Source of the DNA: a virus
Lineage: Duplodnaviria; Caudoviricetes
Virus record (IMG/VR): IMGVR_UViG_3300017724_000002
Coordinates: 1-61,386 of that record
Strand: one strand, 5' to 3'
DNA length: 61,386 nucleotides
In this document: positions 20,801 to 29,222 of the stretch, piece by piece
Position numbering within the stretch: the stretch's first letter is position 1
Layout: each line of letters begins with the position of its first letter
Notes under the pieces: model-generated
Databases searched by the model: none
The model's input: the letters and a program-made list of their open reading frames with translations, nothing else
Told to the model about the DNA's origin: nothing
Made by a program: the position numbers and the translations under genes

Positions 20801-22294
20801 AAAACATCTTCGACTTCCGGCTTTGCGACAAAACCCCCCAATGCAAGCACAACATTTAGACTGCATGTAATTGACCCAGTTTTTGATGAAGTGTCAAGCG
20901 GGTCTTTACCGCCGGAATACGATGCTACGACAGGATATGCTTCTAGTGCGCAGATAATTGGTAACGGTATGTATCGTGTGCAAGTGCCAACACAATACTC
21001 ATCGGTAGCAAAATACATAACCTTTAGTGTCGATTATGATTATTTGATGGGATTAGTGCGCAGAATGAATGACGAAACCAATAATAATATTTTTACTGGA
21101 TTTTCTGAGATAGGGAACAACGCAAATGTCTATGGCACAACCTATCCCGATGTTACTAAGAGTGCATTTAGCGCATTTCCTTTAGGAGTAAGTTTTGACC
21201 CTAACGGAACACAAGAGGATATTACAAGAGCATATTATTATGCGCCAAGAGTTAGAATTGTTGATGATTTAATTTATCAGCCTGCTACCACAGTTACATT
21301 TACAGATACACATATTGATTTAACCTCAGAAACATTGCACATAAATGACATTTCATGGAAAAAGAAAGAGCAAAGCGTCGATAGTGTTTCACTAAGTCTT
21401 GAGCGCACTGCAAAACATTTCAATTATGGGTTCACAAGTCTATTCAAGAGTATAGCAGAAGGTGGCGGCTCTCCTAACAGACCCCCAAGACCAAGACCGA
21501 AACCCCCTGCCCCGACAACCCCGACTTCCCCTGCTATACCTCCTTTGGGTAGCGGTGGAACAGTAGTCAGCGCAGGCGGTTTGCTCGGCGTAGCAAGAGG
21601 CGGAGATTCAAATACGCAAGGGTTTGCGGGTCTATCGTCGAACTTGCTCGGAACTGGAACTTTTAGAGGGATGAATGGAAGGGCTGATTTTTCAAATGAT
21701 GTTGGTTTGTCAACGGGTAATTTCGGAGTTATAGGTCAGAATAGACCATCCACTTCTTTATCAGAAGATAGGGATATTGACGGTATAGAGTCTTCTATGA
21801 TGCCAAGCGAAGGAACAAGCACGCAAACTGCTGATGGTTTCATACTGGGCGGTATTATTGATGCCGATGTTGGCGCACAAGGAGAAACACATAGTAATAG
21901 TATCAATGTGCGTGTGCCAAACGATGTTAGCGAAGGTGGGTTCGTGAGTGTTGACGCAGTGCTAACCTTTGGCGGGGCGACTACAAGTGTTGCTGAATTA
22001 ACAACAACAGTATCTTGCGCAGAAACCGGCGCATCATTTGAACAAGCAACAAGGATTCAAGGCAATACTGTCAATAGCGTAACTGCAAGAAGAACAGTAA
22101 ATATTGTAAATCCGATTTCAATAGAAGGTTCTAATATAGCAGGTAATACAATCAATGTAAAGATTGAAAGAAGTCCTGCGCAGGGTCAAGACAATGCAGG
22201 TTATACTTCTGTGACTATTCACTCAATATCTGTTAAAGTTAGAAGATATAGTAATGCCGGAAATGCTCAAAGCAATAACTTCATTCCTTATTGA
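14882..22294 (+). CDS. Giant tail tip/hub/receptor-binding protein (2470 aa)
   Basis: Follows TMP; hub-like motifs (LWSGFVDGVQ...TTIDARDSLGTLDR; QITNVRVYYNG; EEAMALAKQEFLR), many beta domains and a Pro-rich linker. Confidence 0.75.
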   Translation: MKTVNFENSFWLTGYFDDFHKPVGVADDKNTGAERTHDHTITHFGSVLGGNNPFNPRYFFAHYDRLRSGGINDGLNAIDLTGIITGNTKLGDPHNYLTTNNNKLTMNAGIHEWITVDSTNSDGILTENNTYLFSPNSLCANRHKWNGAGNEGYLRFKNSHDTAGNYYAPTGTIDPTYGGSEVFSPQENLGASFIGAGQTMLNNRSGGYSKLITYTPNATQIHTHFAGIYNGEQAQSALDHTLTRPQKYLHNITSPSGQNFMINSLYSDIISSGNQRLITYDGALRLRGLGEMFHLRIASHKIGDWALTAYLLKIGFGDSATYNTTTNDFVSSNSLATIVLPSSLFSNLDKWNGNTQSTYNADQVWIDVFVQFDFNANTYAVYINDETTASAGGSLTGGIDYTTAKGWSLDAVIGTNGSQNSVALDTLIDRASVILPLNWRHGGVSFPPPIEALSFNSGIDKVSTLSITVLDDQNEFALSALTTGSSASEWRLLMMNSDESRVLWSGFVDGVQHSQNKHGNLLQTTIDARDSLGTLDRILPIWETGQNAHTSLNQHISMDNFNTKRNFETSQILSKMLFGANQLTVSENTLGFNSYDVAAGGTVNDSFSRNNDARTRLFSGQSIQMYIGEDEYGANEIEKEWEGGNNSTFGLLDVIAIDTDHSSNKLRIMVEYDVDIDGQPPAFTNAYDMAQTLTSHRGIAVGDDITLMGSNGAGSYNGDHTITAIKVLRRVQRHIGTVLAGYQNVNTTKYVVQIDTSSTYNTGDNAFKLTSVVANYTNPKTAYSTVMTYSGYQINNYEANFNDGVSEFPVHLKFTTQSAHGLSVGDWFMMPSGIQDPLGATQGLHCEPLQVIAVYDSTTFSVVAPYDVLGGSFGTVSLTNMDIPKMSVYDANPLAIANRPPKSKPVIFKKNTNLLSNTIMQRLRHRTIHARWMRDLPLSPYFRAQFGVIEPLPYWRCGSKTAINWLFSPNKMNAGIGGSTVPGVNQVNTDGSIYAYRGLDVTHHASNPITPSTTELRFDDIAMWHFIKKYNMEDEGIILELLDKDTLESQFAIGNTVTDPTYYSAVDWDANTETFTITGTGSVSIGKIVIHEGFKDFDLNGVFQVTGCLSTAEYRASKIIFETLIDEFNYVRNKYQGNSQWTAGSAHYFDDPDAIRVNRKELDFTAIQVISPNQIPVTQSGKGRYAGANGITIGGIKGIKKKYDPDRTIVSLRKIDESNGYKHLYVLWADMRNDGTANADGNLRKQEFGMILPTTENYKVEVCIADQFDENNNPDVFTELKVGEEVDLWQFDATSEPFTGNSWASLNGGSNYEPLDDRYHNWETKGGSFVIIDASRFYNLNTMATGGRSGYSSGGLVDFGDYVLATKGFPYLTDAYYKAGIASYRNTDPLPFINPQVAFSGVSAHKNSLYMLNDRAFLNGDILLGGTTLQVEDNTLFGTSGTGSIICQAGENRSQEDLIYYFSWTGKGVNTTGDTLTGVYITSIPVSQITDIATINTILAAEKANLVATSSTVASRANITLKDPDDETSTGTFRKVLVFNTPSAVFPLRLSVNLTGIIKSENTATYYAHDKLRSMFSLSCADTWATNTSLPCLYDMPKTRQMVKEINSTDTDSFGSHFDGKNTTILSIAQEIVSKDGNGKTHQTTLNYLMDRDNIMTIRQKIPSGIELNRNNMLNSKMSSRLGSQITNVRVYYNGNSNFVDFPEPISGTPTRWRTLNYENVFSSEEAMALAKQEFLRERNAQVSISAEILLTENQKSKMLDGGRYGYVQDSFVRQYVYDRYANASWTNNFGGLKYSGIQDFRHSNNKRFKHASVDADIILQSKDDYPNNAEGATGFIMIPDPQRFDFGANGIHISKSANGNGFLVDINSAGEIRYGGVGTFTALVDGWQAVADNGGTDAVYVFCETGFTPPPTDELLVPMTVVPAFGRARGYPSYGTKSLSQCVKVMYVEKDTPYVSETTGNELRLAITIDGGKTSSTSGFATKPPNASTTFRLHVIDPVFDEVSSGSLPPEYDATTGYASSAQIIGNGMYRVQVPTQYSSVAKYITFSVDYDYLMGLVRRMNDETNNNIFTGFSEIGNNANVYGTTYPDVTKSAFSAFPLGVSFDPNGTQEDITRAYYYAPRVRIVDDLIYQPATTVTFTDTHIDLTSETLHINDISWKKKEQSVDSVSLSLERTAKHFNYGFTSLFKSIAEGGGSPNRPPRPRPKPPAPTTPTSPAIPPLGSGGTVVSAGGLLGVARGGDSNTQGFAGLSSNLLGTGTFRGMNGRADFSNDVGLSTGNFGVIGQNRPSTSLSEDRDIDGIESSMMPSEGTSTQTADGFILGGIIDADVGAQGETHSNSINVRVPNDVSEGGFVSVDAVLTFGGATTSVAELTTTVSCAETGASFEQATRIQGNTVNSVTARRTVNIVNPISIEGSNIAGNTINVKIERSPAQGQDNAGYTSVTIHSISVKVRRYSNAGNAQSNNFIPY

Positions 22295-22300
22295 AGTGGG

Positions 22301-22376
22301 GCGGGAGAGCAAGAATGAGGAAAAGAAGCAAGACACCAAACTGAAAGAAAAGTTAGAGTGAGTTTTGCTCTCCCGC
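22301..22376. terminator. Inverted repeat at the convergence of the two gene blocks
   Basis: Perfect 12-bp arms GCGGGAGAGCAA (22301-22312) / TTGCTCTCCCGC (22365-22376); 52-nt loop that is U-rich on the - strand. Confidence 0.5.
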
Positions 22377-22401
22377 AGTTTATCCTTGCTCAGACTCTCT
22401 A

Positions 22402-23103
22402 TTAAACCCACTGCTTGCGCAAATCTTTTAGCCGTCTTGCGATTGTTCTTCCGACACCCTTTATTTTCATCAAATCTTTTTGCGTGGTTTTGGATTTTAA
22501 TAACTCCGATAACGAACCATATTTCTTCATAATTTCAATGGCTATCGGTTCTGTTATACCTTGTATTGCACAAAGCGCACGCAATCTTGGGTCATCGGGA
22601 GGTTGGTTCTTCGGTATGGGTTTGAATTTACTACGCATTGCGCTATTCATGTTCAGAATAGCAAGCCATTCAACAAACTCATCCATGTCGCTAAACTCGA
22701 TTAGGCGCACTTTTGGGAATTGAGAGTATAATGTCATCTTAAATGATTTGATTATTCTTTGTTGGCGCAGAACCTCTCTCGCTACTTCCTGTCTTTTGGC
22801 TTTGCGCCCCTTGAAGTATGGTTTTAGCGTCGTATTATAGACTGCAAGTATTGGATATTCGACCGCTTCACATAACTCGGCCAATTGGTGTTTGACTGTG
22901 CGCCCGTTGCGCCCGATACCAAGAATGCTACGGTATAAATCGTTTATCTCTTTGGCTTCTATTCCGTAGTCACCTATAATGTAGTCGCCAGTGCGCAGTC
23001 TTTTAACGACACATTGCCCTTTCGGGTCTGTTTTACGATTACCCACTTTGACAAATAAACGGTGAAGGAGTTTTTCATTTTCCCTGTCGTCAGCAGTTAT
23101 CAT
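22402..23103 (-). CDS. XPF/ERCC4-type structure-specific nuclease with HhH2 domain (resolvase-like)
   Basis: DDRE...LRTGDYIIGDYGIEAKEINDLYRSI catalytic core; two HhH motifs (IQGIT, IKGVG). Confidence 0.85.
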   Translation of the reverse strand: MITADDRENEKLLHRLFVKVGNRKTDPKGQCVVKRLRTGDYIIGDYGIEAKEINDLYRSILGIGRNGRTVKHQLAELCEAVEYPILAVYNTTLKPYFKGRKAKRQEVAREVLRQQRIIKSFKMTLYSQFPKVRLIEFSDMDEFVEWLAILNMNSAMRSKFKPIPKNQPPDDPRLRALCAIQGITEPIAIEIMKKYGSLSELLKSKTTQKDLMKIKGVGRTIARRLKDLRKQWV

Positions 23104-23142
23104 TAATCTATTCTGCGCAGAACGGGTATTTAAGGAGGGGTT

Positions 23143-23430
23143 TTAATAAAGAGGGTTTTCTGCTAAAGGCTCGTTCAAAGTCCACCGCAAACTCTTAATC
23201 ACGCCACGCAATGCGTTGTAATTCCTTATCGCCCTGCGCATTTCTGTTTGGTTTGAATAACTTTTGTCTGTTAAGATTTGAAGCCACCTATCTCTTATTT
23301 TAGATGCCTCTTTGAGCATTTCTCTTATCTCTTTATCTTCTCTCACAGAACCAACACCCTTTGCCGTTGCATAAATTATGTTTTTTATACCATAGTGGAG
23401 AAGGTGCATGTTCGTATTTGCGCACTGCAC
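23143..23430 (-). CDS. Hypothetical helical protein (true start probably near 23346)
   Basis: RAIRNYNALRGVIKSLRWTL core; the 5' part overlaps the primase. Confidence 0.5.
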   Translation of the reverse strand: MQCANTNMHLLHYGIKNIIYATAKGVGSVREDKEIREMLKEASKIRDRWLQILTDKSYSNQTEMRRAIRNYNALRGVIKSLRWTLNEPLAENPLY

Positions 23431-24328
23431 CCGCTACATATTTTTTTGTTATCGCCTCATTGTAGTCTTGCCAGTCAAGACTCTCTATGAACAAGCATAT
23501 TTGGTCTGTTATTTCATGGTTTTCTTCATCGGACAATGCGGAAGGTGATGCGTAAAACGCTAACTGTCTGCGCATTTCTTGAACAAGTGCTACTCGGACA
23601 TGGTGCGGAGGGTTACTAACTTGTATCGCTCTTTCAAGACAAGTCGGTAGTGCGCAGACACCATCAACAACGCCCATTGATTTACCTTCACCAACAAACG
23701 CAGTCTGTTTGCGCACAGGCATTGGGTTGTCATTAGCCCACTTTACTAAATCAAAGCAATCGTTTTCCGCAAAAGTGCCTTGAAACGGACACAAATGTTT
23801 GTATTCCGGTAATGGTTTTGCGGGAATAGGAAAATTAAATGGGTCTTTTGCAAACTCTTCGGCAGGGATAGACACCGCCCACTTGCCACGCTTCGGGTTG
23901 TATGTTCCCGATACCCTTGTCAATTTTTCGGGATAACCGACTCCATCAAGACTACTCAATCCTTCCGCCATCTTCCTTTGGTATCTGTCAAGGTGTAAAG
24001 CCCATTCTCGGCCTCTTACGGGGCGTTTAAAGCATTGGTGGATATGAAACCCCCTGCCAGTCGCTACAAGCCTCACAACGCCACTTAAACGATGAATTAG
24101 CGCAGAAACATCAGCCTTGACTTCTTCCATAGTGAAATCATCGTTCATGTCGAAATCCCACCATGCTCTATCCATGACGGCTGAATCATAATTCCCGACT
24201 TCATCAAATGAAAATAATGAAGTGTAAATAGAAGTCTTGCCGTTCAATCTGCGAACATAACCAACAAACTCTCGCATGTTGTGACAAAAGGTTCTTTTCA
24301 GACCCACTTGACGAGGGAATTGTAGCAT
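23333..24328 (-). CDS. Archaeo-eukaryotic primase, PriS-PriL fused
   Basis: AEP motifs WDFD, TGRGFHIH, LTRVSGTYNPK; C-terminal PriL-like LPTCL...PPHHVR...CNGKGCWFC. Start 24328 supported by upstream TATA. Confidence 0.85.
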   Translation of the reverse strand: MLQFPRQVGLKRTFCHNMREFVGYVRRLNGKTSIYTSLFSFDEVGNYDSAVMDRAWWDFDMNDDFTMEEVKADVSALIHRLSGVVRLVATGRGFHIHQCFKRPVRGREWALHLDRYQRKMAEGLSSLDGVGYPEKLTRVSGTYNPKRGKWAVSIPAEEFAKDPFNFPIPAKPLPEYKHLCPFQGTFAENDCFDLVKWANDNPMPVRKQTAFVGEGKSMGVVDGVCALPTCLERAIQVSNPPHHVRVALVQEMRRQLAFYASPSALSDEENHEITDQICLFIESLDWQDYNEAITKKYVAGAVRKYEHAPSPLWYKKHNLCNGKGCWFCERR

Positions 24329-24343
24329 ATAAACCAACCGAGG

Positions 24344-24496
24344 TTAACTGTCCTTAAGAACCTCACGGTGGCCGCAGTGCTTACATATACCGATTCTTTC
24401 ATTTCCTGTTTCAATATCGCCAGTCAATAAAACCATAGGTTTTCCTTGTTCATTGCTAACTGTCATTTCACCGTCGCATTCTGCGCAAATCATCAT
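24344..24496 (-). CDS. Zn-ribbon microprotein (50 aa, MMICAECDGEM...GICKHCGHREVLKDS)
   Basis: Two CxxC pairs; ATGA overlap with upstream gene; below ORF-track cut-off. Confidence 0.65.
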   Translation of the reverse strand: MMICAECDGEMTVSNEQGKPMVLLTGDIETGNERIGICKHCGHREVLKDS

Positions 24497-24621
24497 TCTT
24501 CTTCACCTTCCGGTATAAGCATCCAATCCCATTCTTGCTTACTTTCTCTTTCGCAGTGCTTACAATGAAATTTTCCTTCAAATTGAGGATTATGCGCCAA
24601 TGGTTTCTTGCATTTCACCAT
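24493..24621 (-). CDS. Zn-binding microprotein (42 aa, MVKCKKPLAHNPQFEGKFHCKHCERE...GEEE)
   Basis: Cys/His motif; overlaps both neighbours. Confidence 0.6.
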   Translation of the reverse strand: MVKCKKPLAHNPQFEGKFHCKHCERESKQEWDWMLIPEGEEE

Positions 24622-25472
24622 TCACTGTCAACCCCCGTCAATTCGTTTTCACATTGGGGCGAAAAGTCGCACCATTGAGGGCAAAAGTAGTCATTCCACG
24701 ACATAGGGTTGTCATGCGCCTTTAGACCTTCGACTGCCTTATCCAGTGCTTTGATAAATGCGGTATGACTTCGTGAATTTACCTTTTCAACAATGAGTAT
24801 TCCCTTGTCTTTGCCAAGCATAACCTGCCTCTTAGAATCGTTGACCATCTTCATTACAAAGTCTAAGTTATCGCAGTCCGGTGCAAGATACGCAAAGTGT
24901 GTTATTGGTCGGGTTTCACCCATCAACCTAAGCATGTGCGCATAATAACATAACTCCCTGCGTGTCCGACTTAACTTACCGTCATTCATATTTCCAGTCT
25001 TTAACTCATAAATGCAAAGACCGCCTTCCGGGTGAACCAATACTGCGTCGATGAGTCCGACAAGCACTACATCACGCTCAGAATCATACACCGCACGATA
25101 CTCTTCATATTCGATAGGTTTGAATTTATCAATACCCCACAAATCAATGCGTTGTTGCTCAAGATAAACTAACTCGTCAATGCCTTCTTCGTGCGCTTCA
25201 ACGGGAATCAACGGCGCAAGTGTACTTTGGCCTTCCCAGTTATCATAAAGAACCTCAAGCCCGGTGTGTATTCTTGTTCCTCTTTCCATTTCGGGAGTAG
25301 CAGGCATTCTCATATCTTTGAGGATAACCTTCTGATACCAAAATTGTCTTGCGCACTTTGAATATGTCATAAAAGATGATTTGCTCAGTTTGAGCAGTTT
25401 GTCTTTTTCTGTTGGGTCATAACTTGAATTGGCTTTCAATTCTTCAATTGACATTTCAGTAGGGTTTTTCAA
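24615..25472 (-). CDS. Cas4-like PD-(D/E)XK exonuclease (stand-alone)
   Basis: LSKSS...C..Q, RGTRIH, GLIDAV...IYELKTG, YY, C-terminal CPQWCDFSPQC (1+3 Cys, Fe-S type). Confidence 0.85.
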   Translation of the reverse strand: MKNPTEMSIEELKANSSYDPTEKDKLLKLSKSSFMTYSKCARQFWYQKVILKDMRMPATPEMERGTRIHTGLEVLYDNWEGQSTLAPLIPVEAHEEGIDELVYLEQQRIDLWGIDKFKPIEYEEYRAVYDSERDVVLVGLIDAVLVHPEGGLCIYELKTGNMNDGKLSRTRRELCYYAHMLRLMGETRPITHFAYLAPDCDNLDFVMKMVNDSKRQVMLGKDKGILIVEKVNSRSHTAFIKALDKAVEGLKAHDNPMSWNDYFCPQWCDFSPQCENELTGVDSEW

Positions 25473-25505
25473 TCCAAACCCCCCTGCATTTTAACAACCA
25501 AATAA

Positions 25506-25802
25506 TCATTCTTCTTCGCCACCTGCTAAGTCTTTTTGACAGGCAGGGCATTCGGTTGGTAAATCAATCCCTTCAAGCAAAGGAGTATTTACTGTAAAGT
25601 CGCAGTGAGGGCAATTTTTGCTATCAAGCAAACCTTGTTTGTCAAGCATACGGATAACAACCATATTTAGTTTGTCTATTTCGTGGAAACATACTCTTAA
25701 CATCTGATTCTGTTGCTCAATAACAGTAGTTTGATTTTCAATAACTTCGTCAAGCATACCTTTCAATTCTTTGATAGTGGGCTTTCTGCCTTCTCTCGCC
25801 AT
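25506..25802 (-). CDS. Coiled-coil + Zn-ribbon protein
   Basis: CPHC...CPAC; start 25802 lies 24 nt downstream of a TATA box. Confidence 0.65.
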   Translation of the reverse strand: MAREGRKPTIKELKGMLDEVIENQTTVIEQQNQMLRVCFHEIDKLNMVVIRMLDKQGLLDSKNCPHCDFTVNTPLLEGIDLPTECPACQKDLAGGEEE

Positions 25803-25825
25803 ACTCACACCACGCATACTTCTTC

Positions 25826-25835
25826 ATATAAACCC
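25826..25835 (-). promoter_or_regulatory. Archaeal TATA box GGGTTTATAT
   Basis: 24 nt upstream of ATG 25802; same motif recurs genome-wide. Confidence 0.7.
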
Positions 25836-25840
25836 ATTGC

Positions 25841-28075
25841 TCATAACCATTCCATAGAATCTGAACCGTTTAGGGCATTCTCAAGAGTAATGACATTCCA
25901 ACCCATGACTGCATAATAAGGTAAAACTTTCTTGTAAATGAATCGTTCTGCGATATGTCGATAACCAATATGCGCAATACCTTCTATTTCAGAAGGGTCA
26001 TCAAACGCAATGTATGCGCCGTTATTGTCAAGTGTTGTCAAGAAGTAATCGTCTTTGCGGTAGCCCTTTCCTAAATGTGTATTAGCCCAGTGCGCACCTG
26101 CTCTTGCCTCTCCGAGAGTAGTGTATTGGTTTAGATTTTTACTTAACTTTGCTTTTATGCACAAATCTGCAATTGGTATCTCTTTGCGCACTACACTGCG
26201 CAGTAAATTTTCAATTGAAGAAGTGATTTCAGTTTCATTTTTGTGTTGTAAAATTCCTGTTACTACGGAAGATAGCGCACTTTTACATGCCTTCGGCAAT
26301 CTTCCCTGTTTCATTTCAATGCCCTTAACATATATTTGAGGGTCATGGTGTGCGCCGTCAGTCCATGATACGCTCGCCGCATAGCGGTTCTTAGCCATAA
26401 TTAAGAAAGTGTCGCACCACTTCTCAAACTCGGTTTCAATAGGATTCATGCGCTGATTGACTACGCTTAACAATTGAAGTCCTTTTTCGGGAGAGGCAAC
26501 ATCACACATGATAGAGTCAGTATGGCCGTAGCGCACTGTGCAACCTAACTCATTCGCAATATCACGCAGTCGGAACAGTGTTTGGCGGGAAGTGTATGTT
26601 ATCGCCGCCGCAATATCGGGGTGATAGAAACCACACTTCGAGTCACCTGCTACCCCGTACATCGAAGCGACGAGGGATTTTGTTGCGTACTGTAATGCGT
26701 CATACTTTTTGCTCTCTTTATCGGTTTGCGCAGACTTCATTTGTTCCTTGTATTTGTTGCGCAGAACAGTCATGTTATCCATCTGCCTACCGAGCAAACC
26801 AGTTTTTCTTTTGCTAAACATGACTCCGTTGCCGCAGTCAAACCCTGTTTTATCAAGAGTAGTCCAACAAATATTGTGCAGTTTAACATTACTATGATAC
26901 ATCGCTTTAATATCCATAATTCCTATATTCTTATGAACTCCGGCATCAACCTTCATAATATCTGCGCCTTCGTAATCAACCTTCTCAAATTGAGCCTTGC
27001 TCGGTATCTTTTCTTTAAACTCTTTATCACGCAATGCGAGAATAGGAAATACTTTGCTCACATAAGGCGTAGTGCGTATATCGCACTGAACAATATGTTG
27101 AATCGCAGTAAAATAGTCAAGTGCGCCGACCAAACCATCTAACTTAGGTAAAAGGCGCACATCTTGCATAGCGTAGTCAAGATATGTTCCGAAGTCGGAA
27201 TAGTAGGTATCGTGTCCGTCTTTTAACTCGACCTTTGTTTCACCTAAACAGTATTCTGAAACTGCGCCTAATCCCATTGAAGGCAGTTGACCGTTCTTCA
27301 AAGTCCATAACTTCTTGAAAGAAATCATCATGTCTATTGTGTTGTAGCCTGCAATTGGTTGCGCCCATTCCCCGAAGTCATAACGCACTTTGCGCATAGG
27401 TGATAGAGAGCGAATATCCAGTTTGTTTGCTTTGAAACGCTTGAATAACTGTTGGCAGTCTGCATTGACTACATTCCAACCAGTCAGTATATCGGGGTCT
27501 TTTCTGCGCATAAACTGAGCGAAGTATTGTAATAATGACTTTTCATCCTTGAAAATCTTGATTTGCCTTTCACCTTTGCATACCTTCAAGCCTTCGGGGT
27601 GTTCTTTGCATGGTATTTCATCATAAAGACCACTTTCATATTCGGGATGATGCGCCAAAACAAACTCGCCTTCAAAAGAATCGTGAATAACAATGATTGT
27701 TATTTCGCCACTTTCAGTTTTCCATTCCATGTCAAAGAACCAAGTCCTGTGTTCATACATCGGTATATTGACATTGTTTTCAACGAGAACCCTGTTAGTG
27801 TGCGCAATGTTAGCCTCCCATGTGCGCACCTTTTTTGCGGAGGCTGAAAGTTCATGGGTGGTTTGGAATACAACCTTTCGTAGTTTCTCTCCGTAAAGTC
27901 CTTCGTAACCTTCATCGGGCAAGACTGAAAAGGGAGGTGTTAATTTACCTATATTTTCTTCTTCGATATAACAAAAAGGGTTACAAGAGTATTTACTTTC
28001 AACACGCTTACCGTCTGCGGTTCTGTATCGAACCAGTATGTCATTCTTCTTCGTTCTCTCCACTATCAAAGTCAA
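25841..28075 (-). CDS. polB: Family B DNA polymerase
   Basis: Exo motifs FFDME, GWNVVNAD, YAMQD; pol motifs YEGA, DIKAMYHS, KSLVASMYG, YGHTDS, KNRY, KGIE. Confidence 0.97.
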   Translation of the reverse strand: MTLIVERTKKNDILVRYRTADGKRVESKYSCNPFCYIEEENIGKLTPPFSVLPDEGYEGLYGEKLRKVVFQTTHELSASAKKVRTWEANIAHTNRVLVENNVNIPMYEHRTWFFDMEWKTESGEITIIVIHDSFEGEFVLAHHPEYESGLYDEIPCKEHPEGLKVCKGERQIKIFKDEKSLLQYFAQFMRRKDPDILTGWNVVNADCQQLFKRFKANKLDIRSLSPMRKVRYDFGEWAQPIAGYNTIDMMISFKKLWTLKNGQLPSMGLGAVSEYCLGETKVELKDGHDTYYSDFGTYLDYAMQDVRLLPKLDGLVGALDYFTAIQHIVQCDIRTTPYVSKVFPILALRDKEFKEKIPSKAQFEKVDYEGADIMKVDAGVHKNIGIMDIKAMYHSNVKLHNICWTTLDKTGFDCGNGVMFSKRKTGLLGRQMDNMTVLRNKYKEQMKSAQTDKESKKYDALQYATKSLVASMYGVAGDSKCGFYHPDIAAAITYTSRQTLFRLRDIANELGCTVRYGHTDSIMCDVASPEKGLQLLSVVNQRMNPIETEFEKWCDTFLIMAKNRYAASVSWTDGAHHDPQIYVKGIEMKQGRLPKACKSALSSVVTGILQHKNETEITSSIENLLRSVVRKEIPIADLCIKAKLSKNLNQYTTLGEARAGAHWANTHLGKGYRKDDYFLTTLDNNGAYIAFDDPSEIEGIAHIGYRHIAERFIYKKVLPYYAVMGWNVITLENALNGSDSMEWL

Positions 28076-28592
28076 GCCTCCAAATATTATGATTCGCTAT
28101 GTCATTATAAACCCAATCATACAAACAGTCCTTTACATCATTAAAAGACTCGACTTTTTTGTAGCCGAGGGAGGCAACAACTGTTTCAAGCCGTTCCATT
28201 TTGACATTTTCCAACGGGTTAAGTATTGCAATCTTTGGTATGGGTAGCAATCCTTTATTTCTTTCACGCAAAAGGTATTTGTGTAGTCCTTTACTGCGCC
28301 ATTCTTTGCGCACATAGGTATTACCGACAAACACACAGTCACCGACCACTAAAGAGCCAGTGTATGCTATCGCCTTATTCCATTCAAGTAAAACCCAAAA
28401 ATCCATATCGTCGTAAAAGGCGGGATAGCCTTTTTCTGATGCTCTTTGTAAAGGCGAACCCCATAGTTGTTCAAGTGCTTCGTGAGTGCCGACAACAACG
28501 GTGCTAATCATCTTTTGCGGCCACCAGTATTTCTTGTTTCTATACCGTGTGTTTTTAACCATTTGAAGATAGTCATTGGGGAAACTGCGCAT
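28041..28592 (-). CDS. GNAT-family acetyltransferase (likely start ~28511)
   Basis: Acetyl-CoA motif A TYVRKEWRSKGLHKYLL and SLGY. Confidence 0.7.
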   Translation of the reverse strand: MRSFPNDYLQMVKNTRYRNKKYWWPQKMISTVVVGTHEALEQLWGSPLQRASEKGYPAFYDDMDFWVLLEWNKAIAYTGSLVVGDCVFVGNTYVRKEWRSKGLHKYLLRERNKGLLPIPKIAILNPLENVKMERLETVVASLGYKKVESFNDVKDCLYDWVYNDIANHNIWRLDFDSGENEEE

Positions 28593-28816
28593 TGTTTTGC
28601 AATATCGGCCATGCTTCTATCTTTGTTAACATATTCTTCAATAAGCCATTGCTCATTACGATATGTCTTTTTAGAATCTAACTCATGGGTTATGTGCGCC
28701 ATGACAAAGTGCGGCTCTCCGCATTCAAGACACACGGACTTTTGCCCCTCACCGTTCTCTAATTCAATCTTTAATTCAGTTTCACATTCTGCGCATTTGT
28801 AGTTTAGTGTTATCAT
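28508..28816 (-). CDS. Zn-ribbon + HTH DNA-binding protein
   Basis: CAEC/CLEC, then WLIEEYVNKDRSMADIAKQCAVSPMTIFKWLKTHGI. Confidence 0.75.
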   Translation of the reverse strand: MITLNYKCAECETELKIELENGEGQKSVCLECGEPHFVMAHITHELDSKKTYRNEQWLIEEYVNKDRSMADIAKQCAVSPMTIFKWLKTHGIETRNTGGRKR

Positions 28817-28817
28817 T

Positions 28818-29222
28818 TCATTTCACCCTTATGTATTCATACGGCGCACTTTTAGGCTTATACCGTTTGACAAATCCCCACTTTTCCATAACCAACATCA
28901 AACCGCCTATGTGGTTTGCAGTTACGGCATTTTGGGGAATCATAATTTTGTTCATTCTTTCAGCAACCACTGTTGAGTTAAGTGATTCGTCTATCTTCAT
29001 GTGATATTGGATTGTAGCCAGTAGCGCAATCTTCCTATTGAATTTGCGCATAGACATTACTTCGCCACATATTGCAAGTAATTCATCAACCTTATCTTGA
29101 GATAATTTTTCAAATGAACGACTGCGCAATGTTCGAGCAAAGTTAGGCTCGCTTCTCATCTTGTCTTGAATATTAATTGGCGGCATTAACAGACTCCCTT
29201 TGAAAAATACAACCGCCTGCAA
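28818..29222 (-). CDS. Putative winged-helix protein (start ~29186)
   Basis: LNSTVVAERMN...VTANHIGGLMLVMEKWGFV wHTH-like pattern. Confidence 0.5.
   Translation of the reverse strand: MQAVVFFKGSLLMPPINIQDKMRSEPNFARTLRSRSFEKLSQDKVDELLAICGEVMSMRKFNRKIALLATIQYHMKIDESLNSTVVAERMNKIMIPQNAVTANHIGGLMLVMEKWGFVKRYKPKSAPYEYIRVK

Noticed and set aside
24615-25472. CRISPR adaptation cas4
   Set aside because: Stand-alone in the replication module; such nucleases are common in archaeal viruses.
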